A DNA stretch of 64,000 nucleotides. Source: Kudoa neothunni (Eukaryota > Animalia > Cnidaria). Positions 52,979 to 64,000 of the stretch are shown piece by piece (the stretch's first letter is position 1; every line of letters begins with the position of its first letter). The notes beneath the pieces were generated by a model. That model was not told the origin of the DNA. It searched no databases and worked only from the letters and a program-made list of their open reading frames with translations. The translations under genes and the position numbers were made by a program. The DNA lies in contig OZ199840.1 of assembly GCA_964304625.1 (NCBI GenBank), positions 7,040,336-7,104,335 of the forward strand, read 5' to 3'.

Positions 52979-53153
52979 TTAAATTCTTAATTCCATTAGG
53001 CTCTAAAAAACTCGAACTCATCGTAAAAATAAATTTATAAATAAAAAAATATGTGATGCACATCTAATTTAACACTAAGGTATCGCTTAAAATCACAAAG
53101 AGAGCAAACTTGGAGAAAAATATTAACTTTACCATAACCTAAGAATATTTTTG

Positions 53154-54891
53154 TTATACATGATGATCTAATAATGCCGCCAGTTTAGAAGATCGTAAAA
53201 GCGTGTTTGAATAGCTTTCTCTAGCAATATCTACAGCTTCAGGAATCATCATCATTTCTCGGCCCAACTGTTCGATAATTTCCATTTTTATGTCCTCGCT
53301 GTATTTACATTTGACAGACTGAGCTCTTTCAATTTGGATCTATAACAAAATGAATAATTGCTGTAACTGAATACAAACTTTCAGGGGCTGTTTCAGTCGT
53401 CGTTTAAAATTTTCAGTCCAAACTTCTAAGTCTTCATTGTTATCGCAAGCATAGAGAGCCATCATTTCGGATAAAATAATAAATCTTTTCTAACAGTGAA
53501 ATTGTTTAATTAGAAAACTGCTTAAGTTATCGAATTTACATTTGAAATTTTAAGCTTTTTGATAGCGTTGTTTCTCAGACAAGCTTGAATATCGATTGCA
53601 TTTTTAATGGAAGAATCGTACTCTGAAAGTTGCTGTAATCTGTAAATATCGATAGAATCGAAAATCGTGCTGAAATTTTCGTTGGGATCCTCAACTATAG
53701 TTGAAAGATATTATTAACATTATCCAACAGGTACAACTGGAAATAGAAGGAGTGAGTGAATCACTATATAAATTGATACCTGTGATGTCAAAACAATCGT
53801 CAAGACAACGATAAAAATTAAGAATAGAATCCAAAAACAATGCTAAACACAATATGTAGCTTAATACAAATCATCCTTTAATTACTTCCATAAGACAAAT
53901 TTTGATACAGCGGCAATACAATAAGTTGACTATGCAAATTAAAACAAAATTCGTTTATCAAAACCTACCTAATTCTAACCCTCGTCTTATCGGGGAAGAC
54001 CCAAAAACGGTACAAAGTACAGAAACCTACCAAAAGCATGTCGCCTGCGGTATTCTTTTTGAATCTAGAACAAAAGATGTTAGGTGTTTAGATAAATTAA
54101 CCCGTTTTCGTTTTATATTTGGATTACAAATAAAAAATAGTCCATCGAGGATCATCATATTCAATAAAAGATGCTCCATCGATATAGAATAATGTGATAA
54201 GATGAAGTTTCGAATGGAACTCAGCGATTCCATTATCAACAGCAGCAACCTAAAATATACGATCCCAACCATACATATCAACACATCAATAAATCACTTG
54301 GCAAAAATACAAATCGTCGTTAATTATTTTAATTTTGTCTTTAAAATAATTGCAATCTTGAATGGTTTCTTTAGTTTTGGTTTTTAAATCGTCTGCTTAA
54401 TAAACTCTATAAATCACAAAACACTTCAAAGATACGATCATGGGAAAATTTGGAGAATAAGTCGTTGAGTTGATTTTTCAGATCGAAATTGTTTGGGTCT
54501 TCCCAAACGTCGCCCGGGAAGGAAACGTTTACATTTAGTGTATGCAGATTTATTTCTATCTGAATCGGAATAATTTAATACGATTTAACATAATCCGTAT
54601 ACATCAATATCTGCGGAGGTTCCGTTTGGCACTAAACAACTAAAGAACATATAAAAGTTGTACCTACTAAATAAAATATTTATACGTTGGCGGAATCACT
54701 TGATTAACATAATTAGGATGACAAGCTGCCAAGCTTTCAGTCATATCTATAAAATTATACTCCCTCACAAAATACTCATGAAATTCACCGTCAAAAATCA
54801 CGTTAACTGTTTCACACCATTTAAGATTATGCGACTCTTGTTTATTTAATTCTTCGCAGGTCGAAACAGTTGCCTCCTCAACAGCCATCAT
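53154..54891 (-). CDS. HAT1: Histone acetyltransferase type B catalytic subunit, many small exons
   Basis: Spliced FYIDGASFIEYDDPRW, VGFCTLYRFWVFPDKTRVRIS/QLIVLPLYQNLSYG and DIT/VEDPNENF. The N-terminal exon is ORF 54667-54891. Confidence 0.92.
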
Positions 54892-55034
54892 GTTTACGCT
54901 GAAACGCGCACGCGCATGGAATATTAAGGGCTGCTATTTATCCCTTTCTCCTCATACATGCTTTAATTTCATTCTTTTTGCTCCATTTAGTCGAATAATT
55001 AAAATTTTCAACTTTTTCGGGATTTATTTTTGTT

Positions 55035-55700
55035 GTTCAAATTAAAGGTGAGAGGGGAAATTTTGGTAATGGTGTACTTACCGGTTACCAAAATTCGGCA
55101 TGATGTCGTGACTTTTTTCGGCCGATTTTTTTCGTAAATATAGCTCAATCATTTGAAAAAGTTACAGCATACTAAAATAAATGAATTTTTTTGTTTCTAG
55201 TGTTTCCTAAAATCTTTGTCATAATCCATTAATTGAACATAACATGTCACGTGATATCAAATAAAAATATCGTCAAACTAAATATTTCGCCAAATTTTAT
55301 CGAAGTATATAACTCATAATAATAGTAATGTTATATTAAAATCTGATATAGTTAGACGTATATGTGATTTCGGTTTTCATTTTATCATTTAATCATAAGA
55401 GTGCACGTTTTCAACAAAATAAGGCGGCAATGATTATTATTAAATAATAAAGATTAACTAATGATGAAGTTGATTTTATTTCACAACTTTTAGAAGTTAG
55501 TGGAAGTTCAGAGGTTATCCAAGATAAGTTTTTCGAGAAAAGGGGAGTTTATTTCTCTAAAAAATTTAACCAGCATGAAATATTCAATGAAATCCCACTC
55601 AAAGAATGTAGAATTTTTACAGACTCTAAAAAAGAAACAAGACATGTATAGAAATATTGGAAAACGGGAAAGACTTTAAAGGTTTATTTTTATCGATGCT
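55035..55700 (+). mobile_element. Possible MULE remnant
   Basis: GGGGAAATTTTGGTAA..TTACCAAAATT end structure and a short RLTNDEVDFISQLL..KFFEKRG peptide resembling MULE N-terminal regions. Highly decayed. Confidence 0.3.
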
Positions 55701-56821
55701 ACCACAAGCTACTAGATATTAAGCTCCTGTGTATTTTGTTGCAATTACTGACTCTAGGGGATGAACTGAGTTAGGGGTGTCCGGAACACTTGTAGAAGAA
55801 AGCGAGCAAGTTTTCTTTTGGCTTATTAAAACAATAAATAAATATAACTTAATAATGGAAACTAACACAAAAGTCTTTCTTAAAGATAAAGACATAGTTG
55901 AACCATAAGTCATAGAATAAATTTTCCAACAGCAGATTTGCAACCATATTTTTATCACGTTCTAAAATATTTCAGTCTTATTTTAATGGTTCAAATTATA
56001 TGCAATATCAGCCATGGAAACAACTTTTTGATGCATAATATAAATATCTCAAGTCCAACATTTCTTAAATTAAATTACCAATAAGTAGTTATATATTCAT
56101 ATTTGTCAAATAATATTTTATTTATGGATTAAAGTTAAATAGTGGATGATCATATACTAACATGTTTATTCAGAGCGTAATATTTCAACTAGTATTGTCA
56201 AAATTACACTTTAAATATAAACTCTAAATAAGTCGGTATATAAATAATCATAATTCGTTTGAGTTAAATTAAGGTATAAATTACAACATTATAGTTGATA
56301 TTAAAAAATAATAAATTTTTCATCATATACTAAAATTGAATAATTCGAAATAGAGACCATCGTCAACAAATCAACATTGGATATTCAGCGCTCTTTAAAG
56401 TTTTGAGTTAATAAGAATCAATACCATGACTTGAATCCGCATAAAAAGTTAGTAACTATAAATAATATGATTTCATTAGTGAATTTATTATACCAACAAC
56501 TTCTTATTGTATTATGTGTAGAGTTAATAGATATTCAGATGATAAAAGTTCAAAAAATAAGGCATTTAAAAATTAAAAATGAATCTATTAGTGAATTAGA
56601 ACATTTATTGTGTTAAATTACAAGAATGATAGTGTTTTACTTTTCCTAAGTAAAGTCGTTTAACACATGTTTCTGCGGACCAACATCCCTCATTTTTTAC
56701 ATATTAATCTATAATCCACTATGGTCATTTTTAACGGAACGTAATCTAAAACAGATCGTTTCAACAACGAAAACCCGAATTTGTACAGGTCAATAGACGC
56801 AGCCGCGTGGAAATATCTAAT

Positions 56822-57558
56822 CAGGGCTGCCAGGGCTTGGGTTTTTAATGGTCACCTTGGGTTCTTGAGATTTTTTCCATTTAATAGAAAATCCTGGGTT
56901 TTTATTGAAAACCTGTAAACATTAAAGAATGTTTAAATTTTTTATGTACGACATTAATATTTATATTTTTAATGACGCATCCTATTCAGATTATATCATG
57001 CAGCAGCGCCTCCCAACTAAAATTAGTCTTGCACCCCCATTTGATGATAAAACGAAATTCGCACCCGCTAGCATACGATAAGGTGTAACTGACTCAAAAT
57101 TTCTCAAACATTATTTTTTTTTGTGATCGAATCTCGCACCCCCAAGCCCATAGTTCACACCCATAGGGGGTGTGGGAACTATTGTCATGCAGGATTTAAA
57201 CATTTGCGATATTGAGCGACAACACATTGGATTGTTTAACATGACACGATTACATAATTACTCAGTAAACATTGTCACACATTATTAGAAAATTTAAACT
57301 TTATTTCAAAGCATATTTTGAACTACAAAGTAATAAATTGTTAGTGTATTGATTTGCATTAGACATTAAGCATGAGTGAGTGTTCATGCCAAAACATTGC
57401 AACCATACTACGATAAAGTTTAATTTAATGTCTGAAGACATAATTATTGAATCGAAAGAAGGTTACAAACTTTAATAAATACGATTCTATTTTTTTAGTG
57501 TTTTAAACTAGTGTTTTTCTCGGCCTTGGGTTTTTTGAAAACTCTGCTGGCAGCCCTG
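56822..57558. mobile_element. MITE with CAGGGCTGCCAG TIRs (hAT- or P-like)
   Basis: CAGGGCTGCCAG ... CTGGCAGCCCTG with 8-bp TSD TATCTAAT/AATCTAAT. Confidence 0.8.
57004..57184. mobile_element. Small hAT MITE nested in the previous MITE
   Basis: Perfect 8-bp TSD TCATGCAG (56996-57003, 57185-57192); degenerate TIR CAGCGCCTCCCA / TGGGAACTATTG. Confidence 0.7.
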
Positions 57559-57644
57559 AATCTAATGGTCCGTCGACGGGCCATTAGACACTACCTAAAT
57601 AAAATTTCCAAGTAAATATTCTTCAACATTATAATCCAAAAATA

Positions 57645-58676
57645 GGCTAAACTGCAGTTTGGGTGATTCTTCGGCAAATGTCGGATATATTCGTGCAACA
57701 GTTTTTAAAATGGAGTTTTCAATAGACACTATGTTATTAGAAGACTTGTTTCTTTTAAAATCCAATTTTGAAAAACTTTTTAACGCGCTACAAAATTTGG
57801 GGCTGCTGCCAAAAGTTAAAAAGTGCAATAAATGTTCATCAGATATGTATCTGATAAATCAAAAAAATAAAAATGATTTGTACGTATTTTTTGCGGCGTT
57901 TGCAAAAAGAAATGTTCCATCAGAAATTGAACCTTTTTTGAGGGGTCACATTTATCGTTGTGGCAGATATTTGCCCTTATGTATTTTAATCTGAACGACA
58001 TAAATATGTCATATAGAACAATATGTAGACAGCTGGACATTGGTTCTGAGCACACTGTAATTGATTGGATGCAGTATATCCGAGAAATTCACTCTGAATA
58101 TTTAGACTCCCATCGCGAAAAAATCGGTTCTCCTGGCTTAGTTGTTCAAATCGATGCGTCATTTATCTGCAGAAGAAAATACCATCGTGGAAGAATTTTG
58201 GTCAACCAGTCTTGTTGGAGGAATTGACAACAATGGCAATATTTTCCAGCAAATTACAGATGTTCGAGACAAACCTACGCTGGAAAATATCATCTTGAAT
58301 AATGTCGAATTGGGCTCGATGATTTGGACGGATGGTTGGAAAGGATACAAGGATTTGTCCCTTATTGGTTATCAACACGAAGTTATGATCCATAAAGATG
58401 GCTTCAAAAGAATGGATGGAGTTCATACTGATCGCATCGAAGCCATTTGGGGACAGTGAAAAGAAAGTATCGCCACATCACCAAGAGGTCAGAATTGATG
58501 GGTTCTTACCTCTCAGAATATCATTTCAAAAGAAAATTCATTATTGAAACTTTTAAAATATATATATATTAACAATTAATGAATTATATCTCCATTGATC
58601 ATGTATTTTACATATTTTATTTTGCGCGACTATATCCAACAATTGCCGAAGAACCGCCCAAAACTGCAGTTTGGCC
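57645..58676 (+). mobile_element. Merlin transposon, copy 2
   Basis: Near-identical to 38750-39788 in opposite orientation. TIRs GGCTAAACTGCAG / CTGCAGTTTGGCC; flanks AAAAATA / AAAAATCA form an imperfect TSD. Confidence 0.92.
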
Positions 58677-59204
58677 AAAAATCAAACATTTAGCAACATA
58701 CTCCATGTGAGGGCTTGTTTATGGAATTTCGGATTTCATGAACATAAAACCCCATGATTTTTTTCAACTCATAACTAGTAGATAATATATAAATTTAAAT
58801 ATTTCACTTGATATAATAAAATTTAACTTGGTTCTATTAAGGTACAGATAATAAATTGAAATAATTTCCATTAAGAAAGTTTTTATGATTCAAAAACAGG
58901 TGAAATTATAATTTAAGTGCGTTTTTTACATACTATACATTTATTTTGGTATCCATCACTGGTGTCACTCCTTGATAATATTGCCAAACTTCCACCACCA
59001 GAACATTTAGAATACGTATTTAACAACCAAGGTAATTGAAAATTTTTTCAAACAATACATTCGGACATTTAAAGCGAGTAATGTCGGGGAAATATAATAT
59101 TATCAATACTGTCAAAAATGAATACTCTCCTGAAATTGTTCATTGCGTTAAGTGGGCGAAGTTCGCCGAAACGTCCCGAGCACCTACACAGATATTGGAC
59201 TTTA

Positions 59205-59350
59205 GCCATTTTTTTATTTTAATTTTTAAGGAATTAAACCGATGCGAGTTTTTCAAACACTGCTTTCTATAAAATCTCAGAACAAACTGCTTTTGCCGCT
59301 ACATGTACTACTTCCGAAACAGTCCGATAATTTCTACAGAACGGCACTTA
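59205..59350 (+). repeat. Dispersed repeat, second copy at about 38605-38749
   Basis: Shared ...GGAATTAAA..GATGC.AGTTTTTCA.ACACTGCTTTCTAT...CTTCCGAAACAGTCCGATAATTTCTACAGAACGGC. Confidence 0.75.
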
Positions 59351-61538
59351 GTTGGGCCTGTGTTTGGTCATAATCTATTAATTTTTTATAGCACCTAGTC
59401 GGATAAATTAGATATTTATTTTTTTGACATCTTCGAAGCCTTTAATGCTGAAATGTATGTGCTGATTTCATCACATTGGTCGGACACAATAAGTTCATCT
59501 TGGTCTCATATCCGCATTTTAAGCTATCGGAGAGAGCTAGATTTTATTTTTTATACTTATAAATGTCTATAAATAACATCATGTTAGTTTCGTAATAATT
59601 GATGGCGTTTAAGGCCTATTTAAAAGGGGGTCCCAAATGGACCCCATCGGCACACGCGTAATTTTTTCGTGCGCGGTACGGGGAGGGTTAGAGCGGAAAA
59701 ACCCTAAGGTTTGGACGCCCTGAAAGTGATCGATTTCGCGCACCTATTTTCTTGGTCATCAGGGGATTACTTGAATTTGGTTTCTTACTGTACTATGTAT
59801 CTACAACATGTGTCTATGTTTATCCTTCATTTTTCAACTAGCTACCACGTTTATGTAAATATAAAAACTTACTAGTTGTTTAATCGTGGTAAAAAAAGAA
59901 AGAAATCGCTTAATTTAATCACGCGGTCAAAGCAGAAAGGTATGTGCGACCGGTCATCACGTGACTTTTTATTTTTCGTTTTTTCGTACTGATTATGCTT
60001 GTAAATTATTTAAAGCGAGTAATAATAACATTAGATAATTTTTGAAATCATTTTAAATACGAGAGAACCTTAAATATGTAGAATAACTAATGTACGTACG
60101 AGTGGCGCTACGTACGACCTGCCCGTTATTGTGTTACAGGTTTTTTGATTGTTTCGTTCCCATTTAATTAAATTCCTTTATCATATGTTTGTTGAGTGCA
60201 TTGTTCTTAGGAAAGAGAAGTTTCACCGAGATTTAATATGTTTTCTTTTTCATATCTACTTTTTACCTAATCATTAACAATATTATCATCAAAATTCACT
60301 TTTCTTCGCGAAGAATGAATTTTTAAACAACAGAGAATCTTAAAATTTTTAATTAAACCTTTTTTTACACATAAACAAGTGATTTAAAATCATCGGCAAA
60401 AGTGTTGCCTCCTCCGTGATAAAAACCCTATAATATTTGTCTTTTTTGGTATTCTGACACAATCCCATCATATAACGCAATTTGAAGTTTGTTGTATTTT
60501 TTATTTATAATTCCTTTACTGAGAGAAAAAAATTGGAGTTCATTATATCAGATCTATCAGATAAAATCCTATTCAGAGAAGGATAACTAATTTAAATTTC
60601 AATAAAATTCACAATAACAGAATTCATGATATTCTCTGGCGCAATAGAGCAATTTTTTGGAATTTCAGATCGAGGTAATTGAGTAATAATATTGAATAGT
60701 TCCAATTTTTTACCAAAATTTCTTTCTTCTTTCACAATACCGAACGTTCGAATGTGTAATTTAACGTATTAAACGGATTAAATTGTATGATGATCACTGC
60801 CCAATGGCAAGACCTTGAATTTTACAAAAAATGCGTTTTTAAATGTTATTTCGTATTTTTTGGTATAACGCTAGAGTAGAATACTATATAAATCGAAAAG
60901 GTTACAATGTTGGTTACAGAAATTTGAAAAAAACTTCGACTACCCTATATCGAACCCAGCAATATCGAGACCTTGCTGTATTAGGAAATCATTTAAGTTT
61001 GAAGATCCAGCCTCATTATTTCACACTCACTCTATAATTGATGTGATATACAAAATTATAAAATCTAGAACCACGGCTTAACAAGCCGATGACTTCTTCA
61101 GTAAATAAAAATATAATTATCCCATCGCGCATATCCAGGCTCTCAATATTGCGTGGTAAAATCGCTATTCTCAAAGAGCCACGCAACATTGAGACCTTAA
61201 TGTAAATATATCTTAAATAGGCTAAAAATTTAAACATAAAAAAATTATAAATGGAAAAATTCATTCAATTGAACTGGAGATTACATAAAGGATATCATTC
61301 GAACAATATTATGACATTTGTCAGTATAATTTGTATATCGTACATATGCGTAGGTGGTACGATAATTCTGTTATATGGTATTAATTCTTAAAGTATTATT
61401 ATGTGGTTTAAGCATCTAGTCAATTTACGATGATGCCTATAATAAAGATTAATATTTGTCGACAATGGATAGCTACCGATCTTGATTTAACGAATTGCAA
61501 ATCTTTTGAGAGATTAACAAACCCACTCCCACAACAGA

Positions 61539-61811
61539 ATGCATAGTGAAGGCGACTCTTCCGACGATATCGAAATAAATTATGAGCAATATGTTGTCGA
61601 CCTAAAAAGGCAGCTCGAATTAGAAAGAGTCGAAACCTCAAAAACTATCACGGATATAATTGATTTTTGTGAAAAAAGTAATGAAGAAGATGCCATTCTT
61701 AATCAACAAGCAGTAAATATGTTTCGAATGGGAGCTAAAAAGTAATATCTATTGTTTGACATCCATCTCACATTTTCTAGAAAATGGATCAGTATGTGCC
61801 GAATAAATTAA
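61539..61811 (+). CDS. Heterotrimeric G-protein gamma subunit, 2 exons
   Basis: GGL domain VVDLKRQLELERVETSKTITDIIDFCEK..EDAIL...NMF. Splicing intron 61742-61780 adds KKWISMCRIN*, a CaaX-type end. Confidence 0.88.
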
Positions 61812-62438
61812 CGTCCATTTCAACTTTAGTTTTACTAATTATTATTCCGTGACAGTTCTATTTATGATGTTTTATTATTTTTCAGCATTTCTTGAAAGTG
61901 CTTACACAGCAACTATATCCATCTGAATGATTCCAAATGGCCCCATTTCAGTTACTTTTTAATTTTTTTTATTGTCTCGTTATTTTTATTAATATTAATT
62001 TCTTCTGTGATTTTAATCTTATTTCGGTAAAAATTTGTAAAATTACAATATTCAACATAATTGTCGGTTGCACATAATAAATATCACTATTCTAAATTTA
62101 TCAAATATATAACTAAAAATTATAATCCAAAATATAGTATGAGTTCTCCATTTTTATGGAATAACTCACAGGGACGTAGCAGCCTTTCAGATACTTCAAT
62201 GGAAGCCTCCCTCATGATGCAAGAAGCATAAATTCTCAATAGGAAGTAAAACTTTCATTAACCTTTATTTTGTATGCTGAGGTTTTTTCAATGTTTGAAC
62301 AAAATATTTGATGACACATGATGTTTTTAAGGTAGAATAAGCCGTGTGTAACTGTTCGGATTTGGATTATGCTAAAATACAAAAGTTCCATGCATGATGC
62401 CATATGGCATCGTTACTCGGCCGATCGAAATTTCCTAA

Positions 62439-62475
62439 CACGGGGGTCACCAAAGTTTTTGACTAGCGGGCCATA
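62439..62475. mobile_element. Orphan hAT terminus of the family at 23149-27385
   Basis: GGGGTCACCAAAGTTTTTGACTAGCGGGCC matches the reverse complement of about 27025-27053. Confidence 0.55.
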
Positions 62476-64000
62476 TTAAAATAATGAGGTTTTTCAAAAA
62501 ATCATAAAAATATAAAAAATTATGAATCAATATTTGAATGTTAAACATGAAACTGATTTCTGTCCAATAAATGTTTATCTGACAACTGATTTCCATGGTT
62601 GGATTTTATATATTACATTTTTAAGGCCTCAATGCGATTACGAACGATCTGACTTCTACTGTGTAGTTAAAAAATCGCTATATTGGTTATATTTTTGGCT
62701 GTAATTAAGAATTATGATTTTGTCAAACACAATTCTGTAAAATGATGTATATGATGCTAACAAGCATCTAAGGAACGGTGATTATTATTTCATCATTTAA
62801 AATTTCTATCGCCAAATCAATTAAATTCGACCTGACTCAAAATTAGAGTTAACCACTTCAATAAATTTAACTTTAAATAATCAAAAATTTTAAATAAATA
62901 GAAGCACGAGAATCAAGTAAACCTTGAAACGTATCGTATTGATTCGTATGCTTAACATTTAGAATTTCGCTATATTAATGCGTCCATTTTCTCTTTTATT
63001 TTAGTTAGAATAAAATAAAAACATCACAAGTAATTAAATAAAGTGTTTTAATTAACACTCATCTACTAAAGCGGGGGCCGGCAACCTTTTCGAGTGACGG
63101 GCCGAACAGACATACCCTAACTTTAATGCGGGCCGTATTAAAATTAATCGATTAAAATGTTAAATTATTCTTAACCCTCCCTGGACGTAACGGGATCCGT
63201 TTGAATCCCATGACACACGTTTTTGCATTTTACTTTTTATCGGCTTTAATTAATTAGTTCAGATTTCTGGTAATCCTAGTTCAAGAGACACCTTTAATTA
63301 TGTTTATAAATCAAAAGGAAATTTTCTCATAAATGACTTGAAATGTTTAAAGTTTTAAACGAAAATATAAAAAATTAATTGTAACTATTAATTGGTAATG
63401 GTAAAGAAGACGGCTACTTGATTTTAACCTCTTAACTTCATTTATTTTCACCGATTCTTGCACGATAATTTTTTTCACACTTCAAATGTTGGGCAGGGTT
63501 ATTCAATTCTCAAAAAATTTAATTATAAATTTTAAGAAATCTTCGATTAATCCTCCACTTGTGTTATTTAAGCCGGTATTTTATTAGGATTTAAATTGTT
63601 ACTTCCTATTTGTATCACGTATACTTCATAGTTATACACTTTTCATTGTCCATAATGAATCAAATAGTTTTCCTCGTGATCAGGTGGAATAATTCGCGTC
63701 AATACTAGAAAATATCAAAGGTAATAACGTAGGATGTGGCACCTCAAAAACACACTTTATTTTGTATACATTAACTTCTACATTTATTATACGTTTTAAT
63801 AGCATTTTTTGGAATGAATTGTTTGATTTAAATAACAAAATATAAAATATTTAAGCGAGTAGTTTATCAAAATCTCGCGCGTTAGAGAAAATGAGTTCTG
63901 ATAGTTTTATTAACGACGGCGCTTTTCTTATTTATCAATATTCTCATTTAATTTTTCAATATACTTTTAGAGAAATAACATCTGCTTCCTCTTCATTTTG

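Noticed and set aside
56323-56338. CATATACTAAAATTG matches part of U6 snRNA
   Set aside because: No ACAGAGAAGATTAGC core or 5' stem follows; likely a chance match in AT-rich DNA.
1-64000. CRISPR arrays, tRNA, rRNA, prokaryotic operons, Fanzor/TnpB
   Set aside because: No repeat-spacer array, cloverleaf, rRNA motif or RuvC-like ORF was recognised; the window is intron-containing eukaryotic DNA.

Overview
AT-rich eukaryotic (metazoan) genomic DNA. Short runs of compact genes with very small GT-AG introns (about 30-70 nt) sit between large blocks of decayed, nested transposons. The tiny introns, divergent animal genes and heavy DNA-transposon load suggest a reduced parasite such as a myxozoan cnidarian; this is an inference, not established from the sequence. 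Host genes assembled by hand across introns are CKS1, UAP1, SAP18, an RGS protein (possibly RGS12/14-like), CFDP1/BCNT, HAT1, a G-protein gamma subunit, a CUB-like type I membrane protein and the 3' end of an unidentified gene. Mobile DNA includes MULE, pogo/Tigger, several piggyBac families, Hermes-like and CGGBP1-like hAT elements, hAT MITEs, two Merlin copies, an IS630/Tc1-like fragment, non-autonomous Helitrons and short TG...CA solo-LTR-like inserts. No transposase ORF appears intact. The best novelty candidate is an unannotated, extensively base-paired RNA of about 260 nt on the minus strand between the divergent UAP1 and SAP18 genes. Also notable are two hAT elements in tandem sharing one 8-bp target site, five solo-LTR-like inserts that all lie inside DNA transposons, and two Merlin copies sharing identical frameshifts. 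All pairings, splices and target-site duplications (TSDs) were read by eye.
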